The notes under the pieces were generated by a model. It saw only the letters and a list, made by a program, of their open reading frames with translations, searched no databases and was not told where the DNA came from. DNA of 64,000 bases. Origin: Thalia democratica. Taxonomy: Eukaryota. This document shows positions 51,701 through 64,000 of this stretch, in pieces. The stretch covers positions 6,758,001 to 6,822,000 of the forward strand of contig OZ241833.1 in NCBI GenBank assembly GCA_965202585.1. The letters are read 5' to 3'. Position numbers and translations under genes: made by a program. Position 1 is the first letter of the stretch, and every line of letters starts with the position of its first letter.

Positions 51701-54700
51701 TTGAATATAACTTGCCAAACGACTTTTCTTTTTGTTTTATTTTCTTTTAATTTGTAACCAAGGTTGCCATATTTTAAAGGTTTTAATTTTGAAAACATAA
51801 ATCCATTTTAGATGTTTTTTGTAATCTATTTGTTATACTAATACTGATTTATAATTTCATATTGGAAAATTCTCAGAGTTTGTGCAGTTTTTTGGCTAAA
51901 TAGATTTAAATTGCCGTTATCAGTCTCAGTTTGATAGTATTTAATAAGAAGCTGGTTAAATATACTAATGAAGGTAATTTAACTGTTATCTCTTTATGTT
52001 AATTTTTTTTTATTAGAATAGTTATATTTGTTGTATAATGTTTTATAAAGTGTGTGTTACATTTGAATTATGTTTAACAGATAATTATGCAAAAAAAAAA
52101 ACTAATTTAAACTTTAGTATTGACAATGACAAGTTTTAGTATTAAAAACAAGAGTTCAGCATAATTGAGTTATCTAAAGTATTATTTTTGTATTGCTCAA
52201 AAATAGTTACAAAGTTTTATATTAAAATTTATTATAAGTAACAAAACTTTTGATGTTGCCTTCTTTTTGTATGGATTTTGTTTTTATAAATTCCAGTGAC
52301 AATTTAATACAGCCTTTTCGGATCTGTGTTTTTTTTTTGTAACTTAGGAAAAAAAAAAATTTAATTACTTTTACTTTGTTTAAAATCTATAATAGTTCGA
52401 CTTATTTTTAAACATTTTAAATTTTAATGGTTTTAGCTGCTTAAGAATACTCTGAGTTTATTTTATGTCTTTACTTGTTTTGAAAGTATTTTTTTACTTA
52501 TTATGACAGATAACTTAATTATTTAATAAACTATTTGATTTTTTTTTACTTAAAACGTTAATTTTAATAGGATTGGATGGAAATTTTAAGAGCAAATTGT
52601 GCAAAGCCAAACAGGCAGCCTCTTCCGAAAACAAACAGCGCCAGACAGGTTAATATACATTATTTTTAACAAAAAAAATCATATTTACTTGTTTTTAGAA
52701 CTGAAAATGAACTTGTTAGATAACTTCCACTATATTAAAAAAGTTAACTCTATACAAAATTATAAGTTTTGTTTAATTTTTTCTAGCCATATAAGTTTAT
52801 TTTTTAACAATAATGTTTTCAGTAACTAGAAACAACAGTTTTTTAGTTAAAAAAATTCTCTTAATTATATATTCATGTAAACTATTTTATTCGACGTATT
52901 TAAAAAGTTCATATGTTTTTAAAAAAAGATATATTAATAAGTTTTTATTAAAACTACATTAGATGTAGAACAAATAAATGTTAGTCCTGCAAAACTAAAA
53001 AAAATTAAATCTTTTAATTTTATTAAATATGTAAAAAAGACGTAAATATTATTATGTTTTATCATAAACTACAACTTTATATGACCGTGTTGCTTTTTTA
53101 ATGTCATATATTTCACCCAAAAGGTGTCTTCAGTTATAAGTTATCTGTTTCTAATTTCAGTTATCTCTAACAAATCGTGAATAGATAAAAAATCTCTCTA
53201 TAATATCTTAAATTAAAAATAGTAACTTTTATACAAAAATAAAGGTGAGAAACTTGCAAGTGACGGTGCAGGAGGCGAGCAAGCTGCCTTCAACCAGCAA
53301 AAACATCAGCTCGTTCTGCACAGTGATGCTCAACCAGGTACATGTGGGAAGGACCAAACTGGAACATGGGAGCAGGCCTCTGTGGGGACAGCAGTTCATA
53401 TTCGAGTATGATATTTGTTCACTAGAATAAATGTGCAAACGTTTTTTGATAATTAGTAACTTCAAAACAAATGTTTTTCATTTAAGTATTAGTAAACAGG
53501 ACCTTAAAAGCTAGATATGTGCAAATAAAGCAATTTTTAAAAACAAATAGTTTCAAATGAGTTCTCAATATGTTTTCTTACTTAATAGTCGGGATTATTT
53601 GTAAGTAATTTTACAAAAAGTTGGTGTGACCCGTAATTTGCAAAAAGGTGTGAAAGACTTTTTTGAATACCTTATGCTATTCTTGATTTATTACAGCGAT
53701 GTGCCACCAGATGTGGACTCATTGACGATTTCAATTCACAACGCGAACATGAAGAAGAAAAACTCAGCAATAGGTCACGTGACCATCCACTTCAGCAAAC
53801 TTGCGTCCAACAAGTCCATCGACGAGTGGTCAGTTTGAAATAAATATATTTTAGATATATGAAAAATATTGATATATTAAAACAATGATAAGCTATAACA
53901 GTTTTTTCTGGTTACTGTGGGTCAAATAATTATATGAAAACTATATAAATATAAAGTAATTTTGTTTTGTCGTTTTATAGAGATTTTATAACATAAGTTA
54001 AATGCAAATCTTTAGTATTTAGTCTAAATATATAAAGTCGCTCAGAACAACTGAAGTATGCTGTTTTTCAGGAATGGTGTTGTAAATTTTATTTTACAAA
54101 TTTTTGAAAAACAGACGTTCTTTTTATAGATATATATGTACACCAAGTATATAGTTAATTGAAACACAAACGTTTAGATAACATAATGAAACTGTTGCAC
54201 GCAGGTACACTATAACAGCAAGCACGACTTCTACTGGAAGCCTGAGAATCAGAACGAGGTACTGCAATCAACTAATAATGCCCGTGCATGAATATGACAT
54301 TATGAAACAAGTAACTGCTATTAACTCTTACTAACATATTGCACTTACAACTAGTATGCAAGTTTTAGTGTACTAACTAAATTTTTAACTTTTAACCTTA
54401 ACGTAAATAAATACAAATTCGACTTATGATAATTTTATCCACTATCTTTAGCTAATTCTATTGAACTTTAGTAGTTCAACTTAATTATAAAAGAAAATTA
54501 GATTATTTACTATCCTCACTTTTTTTAGAATGTCTAAAAAAAGTTAATTGAGCTTAAAATTAATTTTATTAACCGTTTTTAGAAACTAACATTCTAAATT
54601 TAACATCTAAATGAAATAATATAATATAATCATTACATCACAACAGCTGATAACGGAAGACTTGCGGATAATCGAGCACTTGTCGGATATTTGCGGTCAG

Positions 54701-57700
54701 GACAGAACACCTTTAGCAGCTTGCCTACTTAAAATATTCAGACATGAGGGAAAAGTTTGTTTATTTTAATATGTTAGGTGACTTAATATTAAAAAAAAAC
54801 ATATATAGTTTAATTTTATGTTTAGATTAATTATAAAAGCAGATTTATGTTTGTATCAAAAACTATAAGTTTAATAAATTTTAATAAATTTTTTAACTTA
54901 TATATTCATTTTTGCTTCAAATTTTCAAGATGTAGAGAAGCGATGCCAGTTTTAATTTGATATTTTTTATACGAAAATATACACAACAGGAGATGGATCT
55001 GATGGTGATGCTGAACGAGCGCGAGATAGCGGACACGTTGATAGATGACGCGGGAACGTTGTTCAGGAGAACCTCCCTCGCGTCAACCGTGATGGAGCAG
55101 TACATGAGATCCACTTGCTCCACCTTCGTCTCACTCGCCCTCGGTGAGAGCATCAAGCACATCGTCGATCAGCAGCAATCGTGCGAGGTTAAATAAATTT
55201 ATATTATGAAGAATTAAAAACTGAACCATTTTGAACTGAATTTGACAATTTTATAGTAATTTCTCAAGTTAACTTATATTAATAAAACTATAGTTAAGAC
55301 AAACTGCTGTCTACTATTAATCTATTATATATCTATTAATAGACAAAAATTTTTACTACAAAAAATTTACTTAATGTATTAAAACTTTATATGTTTTTAA
55401 GTACTTTGTAATTTATATACTAGAATTAATTAAATAATCAAGACTAGGTAAGTTTATTAGGCTTCAAATTAAATGAAATGTGGGTAAAATGTGATTAAAT
55501 TTTTCAACATGTAAAAATCAGTTAAAAGTTTACTTAACTTAATTACAAAACTTAATACATGTAATGCTACATTAACTAAAATAATAACACTGGATAAATA
55601 AGTTATATAGTACATTAATATTACCGGTAGTTGAGAGGTTATGTTGTATAGTTGTTAAATTTCTAAGAAATAATTAAGTAAATAAAAATTACCGAATTAA
55701 AGCTAGTAATCAGTTTACACAGAAAACGATTAAACTTCTGTTAAGTTTAAGATAATTTGATTTTTAGCAAAAACTTTAAATTTGGTTTTTGAAATTCACT
55801 GATTAGTGATAAATCGTGATTTATTTAATTTATATAATGTAGTAAACAGTCGTAATGACAGTTGAATCCGGCGAAATGTGAGGTGAACGTGACGAACAGG
55901 ATGTTGGAGGGAAATCTGAACAGGCTGCTCTCGCACCTCACCTTCACACTCCGCTCCATCATCGACACCTGCGACATATTTCCCAAGCAGCTCATCAAAA
56001 TATTCGCTCATTTACAGCGCTGCGTCGCCGTCAAGTGGCCCAACGACAGGCAGATATCAACGCGCGTTGTCAGGTTTGTGATATTACATAAAATAAAAGT
56101 AAGAAAGATTGAAACTACTTTGATGCATTGATTATCTATTAAAAAACTTTGATCATGATTTTTAAGATTGTTTTTAAACCTTAGTTGTTTTTCTATCTAA
56201 AACGTTTAAATTTTAATCAACCAAACTAATAACACATAATATTATGTTTTTAAAGGTTCAAAAATTGTTAAATTAGTGTATTTTTATATTTATATAGACT
56301 TTATTAGTATTTAATTTGTTTAAACTTAAAAAATTTACCATTGACACGATCACATTAATTATTTATTTGTATTTATTTACAAATATATTTAGTAATAATT
56401 AAACACCTTCAAAATATATAATAAATACCTGCGATAATTTATCAAAATATAAACACAATTTTCAGTGGATTCTTGTTTCTGCGATTGTTGTGTCCAGCGA
56501 TAATAAGTCCGAAAAGTTTCAATTTGGTATCGGATCCACCATCTCCAATGTCCGCCAGAACGTTGCTACTCGTCGCTAAATCGTTACAGGTTAGTTGATA
56601 TTTTCAAATAGTTTATTAGAAGCATTTACGTGAAAGTTGTAAATTTTAAATGGTCTGATACAGGGAATCCTGTTTCACAAATTCTTTTTATATAAGTTGA
56701 GATCCGCTATTAATCAAAACACATACTTTTAAGATTAATAAAAATTTACACCTACAAATATAGTTTGAAGTATCAATTTTTATTAAAGGAAAACGTTCTT
56801 ATTTCTTTGTTATTAATTAAACAGTATCTCATAAGCAAATTACACATTTAACTTGTACTTTTATATCATAATTGAATAAAAAAACTGATCACTAATTAAA
56901 TACCGCCCCTCTTGTGCCAATTTAAACGTATTGCCCCCTAAACAGCTAAATCGCCCACTGCTTTAGATGCTGTTTTGTTTTTAATGTAAATCTAACTTAT
57001 CAGCTTTTTTAATTTTTAAGATCATTTTTATATACAAATAGTTTTTTGAAAAATGAATAGAACTTCAGGGTTAATTCTATTAACCTATTTTTAAATACAA
57101 TTGACTAATCATTAAGTAGTGTTAAATTATTTTTGCAGAACTTAGCTAATTTGGTTGAATTTGGCGGTAAAGAAGGATTTATGAGCGTTCTAAACCAATT
57201 TATTGTGGAAAATAGATTAAATATTATCAATTTAATAAAATCACTTGCAGATGATAATGTACATGTGAGTACTAATTTTTATATTTATTCAATTTGGTTC
57301 TAAATCTATATAGTGCAGATGAAGTAAAAAAAATGATATTTAGTTTATATTAACTTATTTATTATATCAGTAATTATAAAAAATATTTAAGATAATTTTT
57401 TGGTTAAAAGATAGTGTTTAAATTTCTTTTATTTTTTTTAATCAGTGGCAACAGGTGTTCTGAAACATATTTGCATTGCGGCGATACGATCATCGCCACA
57501 AATAAGCTTGTTTTGAAAACCAGGATTTTCATTTAAAAAAAACTTTACATCTACTGGTTCTAAAGTTTTAAATTATCGCGCTTAAATTATTAACAGTTGA
57601 TTTATGACAATCTAAGTGTAAGAAAGAAAAGCAGTTACAATAGCTAAACTTTCAAAGCTCTAACCATTACAGTTATAGCAACTCTGTACTGAAGACAGTT

Positions 57701-58168
57701 TTAACTTCTTTTGACATCTTTACAAATAAAACTATATAAAGTTACCAATCATTTAATTTTTATACTGAAGGTTGGTGTGAATCGTCAGTGCGTGCTGATG
57801 AAGAATGCGGACATCAGCGCCGATTTGGCTGCATTCTTCATACTGTGCAAAGAGCATCAGGAAAAACTGCAGCTCATCAGCATTGAGAGGGTTGGTTTTA
57901 TCATGTTAAATGCTTTTGTAAATTCAAAACAGTATAATTCAAGCTTAAAGATTTTTACGGTTTTTAAACAAAGATGATGTATAGCAGCGTTTTAAATTGT
58001 AGTATGAATAAGTCTTTAGTTGAAAATTCTTTTATTAAAATGCAGTTTGATTTTTCTAACAAAAATAATAAAAATCAGACTTACATGAAGAAACTACTGG
58101 GCGTATTGCAATTACTAGATAACAAGGTGGCCAAATACCGAATGGAATTAAGACTGGAATTTCTTTGA
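45754..58168 (+). CDS. RASA1: Ras GTPase-activating protein 1 (p120 RasGAP; SH2-SH3-SH2-PH-C2-RasGAP), 5' incomplete
   Basis: Exons 45754-45851, 46608-46757 (WYHGRL SH2), 47245-47344, 48311-48423 (SH3 LPYTKVPD..DELSF), 48569-48669, 49147-49248, 49704-49854 (FLVRKSD SH2), 50062-50270, 50483-50654 (PH), 51415-51499, 52571-52648, 53245-53405 (C2), 53697-53828, 54205-54310, 54647-54754, 54990-55187 (LFRRTSLAS arginine finger), 55862-56073, 56466-56589 (GFLFLRLLCPAI), 57139-57264, 57771-57890, 58079-58168 (TGA). All GT-AG and phase-consistent. Confidence 0.95.
47587..48245. mobile_element. TTAA-flanked MITE (same family) in RASA1 intron 3
   Basis: ttaa|gggcatggg...gtgacc|ttaa. Left arm homologous to ~42190 ff; right arm homologous to the 40081/42600 right arms (aacctatt, atatctcaaaaaat). 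Confidence 0.65.
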
Positions 58169-59694
58169 ACATCTATTTATTCCGGCTAAAAAGTGTTTTT
58201 TTAGTTTATTTTATTCTTAAAAAAAAACCTCCATTAATTTTGATACATTTCGTATTACATAAAAATAATTAACTTAATAAAAGTTCATTTACACGATAAG
58301 TTTTTTTCTTACATATTTTTTAATACTGATTGTGAAATTGTGTGTATTTGTCGATTATTTTCTGTTGCTTTAAACCAAACTCAAGTTTTATTCTCATCAT
58401 ATTGCTTCGATAATTAACTACTTGTAAGTATTTTGTTTGACCTCATTTATAATCATGTCAAAATGCTTTAAAAATTCAAATCGTCCCATTTTAGCTGTAA
58501 CTTTTCAATAGTTTTAAATTTGTTGTTGTTTTATCATAATACCCAATATGATTTATTATTTATTAAAAAACGTTTATTTGATCTAATACGGCTAAATGTT
58601 GTTAAAACTTTACTTGCCTATTTTTTTTGAATTGTCTTTAGTGCTGCTATTTTAATTTTATGTGTTGTAGTATTTATTACATTTTTTAAAGAGCTTTTTA
58701 TTGCTTTATACATTCGTACTGCACAATTGTTTTAACTGTCAATTTTGTTGATCATTATCCTGTAAACTTATAAATAAAACAATAGTTGTTTTAGATTGTG
58801 TACTTAATTTGTTGATATTTTCTCAGCACTAACTATATGGTTAATGTGTGTTATTTAATGTTTATAAGTTGAAAAACAGTTCAATAAATCTTTTTAGTTT
58901 TAGTTAAAAACTAAAATTCATATTACGAAAATTGCTGATACAAATGTGTAGTTTAATTATAAAAGAAAAAATGTTTTATATTCACATTATGTTGTGATTG
59001 AATTTCTGTTATATCCACGTTTATTTAACATTTACAATACACAAAAATATAGCATAGTCAAAAAAAAAAGGCTGTAATTTTTTACTTAAAATTAATCACA
59101 TAATCTTAATTATTTGTAACAATTGATAAAAAATAAATATCAACATACTACAAGATGATGGTGTTTTAAAAATTATAGACAAAATTTCGAGAATATTTTT
59201 TCTTATTCTAAACAGTTTTATATCTATCAGATAAACTAACTTCACTTGTTTTGTTACCTCGAAAATAAACAAAAGTAAGCTTCATAAACTAAACAAATTT
59301 TGTACTGAATATTTTACTCTAGCAAGCAAGTTTTGTAAAGAAATTAAATAAGAATTGTTGGTAAAATTTTTAATACTAACATGAAAAGTAGAATGCAGTA
59401 AGTGAATTTAAACACAGTTAAAACATATTAACTAATGTAGGTGAAACATGATGTACGTAAAATGCATTCAATACATCTTGCACATTAAATGCTTATGCTT
59501 GTACGTTTGACAAAATATTTTAATGAGGTAAGTGTCTATATTTTATTTTAAGTTTTGCAGAAATAGAATACTTCTGTTAAAAAGATAGTAATCTAAACTT
59601 AAGTTTTCTTTTACATGTTAATTTTGTCATTAAAAATGCTACTTGTAATGGTTAAACTTTAAGACTCAAAAGCTTATAAAAAACAAACAAAAAA

Positions 59695-59760
59695 ACCAAA
59701 CCGGAAATCAAACCCGGGTCGCTAGAACAAATTTTATACGTCCTACTTATTTAAAACCAA
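59695..59760 (-). pseudogene. Possible degenerate tRNA / tRNA-derived SINE head
   Basis: Minus strand gcgacccgggtttgatttccgg resembles a tRNA T-arm/B-box (GACCCGGGTTCGATTCCCGG). The remaining cloverleaf is not recoverable. Confidence 0.3.
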
Positions 59761-60179
59761 AGTTGAAAAGAAAAATATTTTAGTTGTACTCATTAAGTGA
59801 ATTACCTGTTTTGTTATTTTCTTATTTTAATTTATAACTGATATCTAATTTTAATCACCAAACATTTAAAGCTTGATTAGCTAAAAGTCCTTCATATAGA
59901 CTTTTGTTATAAACACTTCTAAAATTGTTCTCTGTCAAACGTTTTTAAAGTGGAAGTTTAACAAACCTTGGATGTATTTTTTATTCCTCCTTTTCATATC
60001 TGCCTCTTGTGATCCTGCAAATTTATACATTCAACTAATTTTGTCACCTTTCTAATTAAATTCAAGTGATGTTGTAAAAAAAATTAATTTACAAATATGT
60101 CAGTAGAGTTACCTATGCACACTGTGTCCACAGCAAAAGTGCGCAACTAAACGAGAGAGCGTGAATAAATGTAAAGTAG

Positions 60180-60857
60180 CAGGGACGTAGCTTGGTACGT
60201 TTCTGCAAATCTACAGAAACGTATACTTATGTGCGAAAAAAACTTGCCTTTATTTCGGCTTGAAAAGAAGCATTCATTAATACATAGTATGAACTCCTGA
60301 GAGATAATTTTGACATATATGTACTCTTTAGCATTTTTAGTGTCTAGAAATTAAACGAATTAAATACGTCCAAATTGTAATTTCGCACGTTAAAGCTTTA
60401 ATTTGTCAAAAAGCTGCATTCCAAGTTTGATTCTAATGGAAGCTGTAGCTACAAAAATCTATATCATACAATTTTATGTTAAAAATTTTTTTGCATAACT
60501 TGTTCTTACTATTGACTACGTTAAATGTTTGATTTTGAAAACAATACAAATGTTTTTCAACTAAATTGTGATTTTTTCATACTTATTTCAATGAATGTTT
60601 TCTGGGTTTACACAAGTGGCAACACATAAAGAGTCATAGGGGGTGTGGAGCAAAATAAATTCCTTTGTCTACACTTATCACTGTACTTCAAAATTCCATT
60701 TTTGATGTATTAACATAACTGCATATTTTCAGAATTAGATTCAATAACATTAGAGGTAGTTTAAATTGCTGTGTCCCCGCTAGGACGTTATCACGCGTTA
60801 TTTCAGATGTTTTAATTTTTGCAGATTCGTAACTTTTTTGAGCTAGCTACGTCCCTG
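60180..60857. mobile_element. hAT-type MITE
   Basis: 13-bp TIR cagggacgtagct / agctacgtccctg; flanks taaagtag / ataagtag (degenerate 8-bp TSD, 6/8). Confidence 0.7.
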
Positions 60858-62300
60858 ATAAGTAGTAAACATATCTACTATATTTCTGTTTTCTTTTAAG
60901 GCATTTGATTAGATAAAAAACGGAATATTTCCCACTTTTTTGTTTGCAAAAATAATTTTCATTGAAATTGTATACATATAAGATCAATTTTTAATAAAAC
61001 TTGTTTATGCGTATACAATTATTTTTTTTCTACTTTATTCCTTGCCCACTTAAGACTAAACTTGCCTTGAATGGTATCACAGAAAGATCTATTTTAGAGA
61101 AATAAGACTTTTGTAGTGTGTATGCATGTTTTCATTTGATATCATTTCCCATTTTGATAAAAAAAAATAAGCTGGTTTTTCAGATAATTATTTATTATGT
61201 TGTGAACTTCCATTTTTGTTAGTCAATCATGTTCTTTCAAATAGTATTGTTAACTATTAAAATTTAAAGTACACTGAGGCACAATTAAAAAGTTTGTCTA
61301 GCCGTCAAGGAACATTTTTTTTTAATCTAAATAAGTTAGCATTAAAAATATATTGTTAACTCAACATATACAAAACATTTACAAAATAAAAAATTTTAAA
61401 ATAACTAAATTTGTATTTTTTAAGAATTGTTAATTGCGGATCTAAACGAGAAAATTACTTCGAGTGAATAATTAAAAAAAGTGAAAATTACTTTGAGTGA
61501 ATAGATTTCTTGTAAAAAAAACAACAATGTAACTTTAGCGATCATAAAAAGATTAAAATTTTTTTTATAAATGTGGCACGTTATACTTTATTTTTATTTA
61601 ATCTTATAAAAAACAAAGTTGCAGCTTTAAACTTAAAAAACATATGAATAATTTTTTTTTCCTTAAAAATAGTATAAATTTAAGTAATAAAAATACATAC
61701 TTCACTAAAAAGATGACGCCTTCTGTTTTATAAAACAACTTGTAGAAAGTTTATAACGAAAAGCAGGTTTTTATGATATTTAAACCAAGTTTTATCAATT
61801 ACTTATTTCAGGATGAAGTTTTTGATTGCTAAGAAAATACAATTTAAATATTTTAATATATATGTATATTATAAAACAAAAAAATACTTTAGATAAAGAT
61901 GTTTAATTTTTCTAGTTATTTTTTTTATTTTAAGTTAAAATCATAAATGTTGTGAAATAGATATGTTTGAATTTAAATATTTTTTACAATATTCACTAAA
62001 GTAATAAGTTATATAGCTGTTAAACTTTTATTGCGTATATTGATTTGGTACATTTTACAAGTTTACAGTTTAATTGAGTTGTTTATTATTATAAATATTA
62101 GTTATTTTATTTTAGTAACAACAATAAATTATACAACAATTTGTTTTTTAATTGGTCATAGCAACAAATCTGAAATTGTCGTAAACTATCTTACTTTTGA
62201 GAAATGTGCCAACTTAGCTATAAATTTAATGTAACAACACTTTTTTAACTTGAAAAAATTAGTTAGTATGATTCTTGTTTTGAGGCAAGTAAAATTGTTA

Positions 62301-62523
62301 TGTGTTAATAGAGAAATACTACTCAATTTTACAAGAAGTCAACTGCCAAAAATTTTTCGACACGAGCAACCTTCAAATAATAAAAAATTGAGATAATAAA
62401 ACAGTTTTTAAGCTACAAAAATATATCGTTAAAACTCTGCTTTTTTTTTGAAGGTTGCTCGTGTCGTAAAATTTTCGGTAGTTGACTTCTTGTAAAGTTG
62501 AGTAGTATTTCTCTTTTAACACA
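62301..62523. repeat. Fold-back element (77-bp arms, ~69-nt spacer)
   Basis: Arms 62301-62377 and 62447-62523 are reverse complements with 5 mismatches. Confidence 0.9.
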
Positions 62524-63861
62524 CAACAACTTTACTTACCTAAACTATCAAACAATAACCACACTGTTTAATTTTTTCAACTTAAAAAAATTGTTTTGTG
62601 ACTATATTGTTACAATCTTGCTTACTGTTTTAATTCAAAAACTTACCTCAAATTCAAAACTTCTAAGTATAGAATACAATACATATTTTTTAATCTTTAC
62701 TTAAATGCCACTTTAACAATATTTTAAATTTAAGTTTTATATCTTTAATCTGTATAGAAAGGGTTTTGACTTATACTAATTCTAAAATTATTATTTTTAT
62801 AATCTGTTTACTTGTTTTATGAACTTTAACGGTTATTTTCAATGTTATAAAGCAAACTCCACTTTTCATTTTTTGAGGGCTTTAATTTTAATATCTTTTT
62901 ACGAAATAAAAATTAAACTTTTCTTTTTTGTAATTATTATCCTAAAGGTAATAATACCGGAATGATACAATTTTTACGGAACTCTCTTCGTTTAAAACCA
63001 AAAATTATTTTTTACTTTCGTTATTATTTTTTTAAAAAACATTTACGTATTGAATTTTTTGCCGAAGATTTTTACAAATATGTTACATAAAAAGCAGCCT
63101 AATAGCGTACAACTAAAGACATATTTTTTTTTTGATAAAACGGTTTAATAACTTTTATATTATTTCAGCAAAATTATTTTATAAACCAGTGAGTTTTATA
63201 CTTTTCTAGAATCTTTTTTTTTATTTATAACGTTTCTGTATAAAAACTTAAAAATTATGTCAAATTTTTTCAGTTATATAAAACTCTCCAAATTTTTAAA
63301 ATATGACAAGAAAAGTTTGTTTTGATTGTGAGACAAAACTATTTTTGTTTACTAATAATACTTTTTTTTCATAAATCTTACTTTAAATAAACACTTTACG
63401 TGTTTGAATAATTTGTAAATTTACAAAGTGGAAATTGAAACTGATAAAATCAGCTTTGTATCTCGTATTACTTTTAAATGCTGTATATAATTTAAAAAAA
63501 ATGAAAAAGACTGAATATTCTTAAAAGAACTCTTTGATAAAAATCTTCAATACAAAAGTGTTATATTCTGTTTTAAAAAAAACCATCGACAAATTTTGCA
63601 AATAAATACTGAGTTGTAAAACTTTAGGTATTGAAAAATACTCCCATATCATTTTTGAAGACCAATTTTGATTTTTTATAAAAGATAAAATATTTGATCG
63701 AGTGTTTGACGTATGCTTACTAAACTTTAATTTTGAAACGTTCTTATCCTTTCACTTCGTGCTACTTAAAGTTAGCTATAAGCGGGTAAAATAGAAAAAT
63801 GAGCTATTGTAAACTAGGCTTGCCAGATTGTCGTAAAAAAGAACTCTTAATTCTTAACAAC

Positions 63862-63910
63862 CAGTGGCGTAGCGTGGGGAGGGACGCTGGCGCATGCGTG
63901 CCACCCAAAA
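63862..63910 (+). mobile_element. Probable MITE terminus (CAGTGGCGTAGCG...)
   Basis: Abrupt GC-rich cagtggcgtagcgtggggga start typical of hAT-like MITE ends; partner terminus not in the window. Confidence 0.4.
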
Positions 63911-64000
63911 AAAAAAAGAAGTAAAAAAAATGTATATCTTTATTCTTTATATTTATTTTTTTCTGATTAATTTGCCGTTTTTCAACTAAGTTTTTCTAGT

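Noticed and set aside
57680-57735. CUGAAGA followed by a small hairpin
   Set aside because: No GAAA core half.
267-62704. Most short AT-rich ORFs in the supplied track (e.g. 576-779, 10154-10357, 12589-12819, 35933-36169, 41673-42014, 62498-62704)
   Set aside because: Low-complexity F/L/I/K-rich translations of intronic or MITE DNA, many with non-ATG starts or antisense to real exons; no domain signal.
1-64000. CRISPR arrays, rRNA, intact tRNA, prokaryotic operons
   Set aside because: No regularly spaced repeat-spacer arrays, rRNA-like sequence or complete cloverleaf seen; the window is eukaryotic and intron-rich.

Overview
Very AT-rich eukaryotic (invertebrate metazoan) genomic DNA. The ZP-protein style and a gene structure compatible with trans-splicing hint weakly at a tunicate; this is inference only. 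Most short ORFs in the supplied track are spurious or are exons running into introns. Manual splicing gives four intron-containing genes: (1) an unidentified Pro-rich protein (minus, partial, 2379-6722); (2) a prenylcysteine oxidase, PCYOX1-like (minus, 10 coding exons, 19645-23293); (3) a secreted ZP-domain + furin site + EGF + hydrophobic-tail protein (minus, 10 exons, 31177-35963); (4) a p120 RasGAP/RASA1 orthologue (plus, 21 exons found, 45754-58168, first coding exon not found). Non-genic DNA holds an intronless USP pseudogene, a Penelope-like (PLE) GIY-YIG relic, a LINE 3' relic, hAT MITEs with 8-bp TSDs and TTAA-flanked fold-back MITEs. The most striking unannotated signal is a dispersed set of minimal type-I hammerhead ribozyme motifs. 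Four have intact cores (11289-11333 -, 30410-30446 -, 38740-38781 -, 44129-44172 +) and several more are degenerate. One intact motif sits in a 111-bp fold-back whose antisense arm carries a core-mutated copy; another fold-back, embedded in (TA)n, carries the 3' half of a hammerhead. The genes also show non-consensus GTT-rich donors, A-rich acceptors and strong exon-to-exon GC3 mosaicism.
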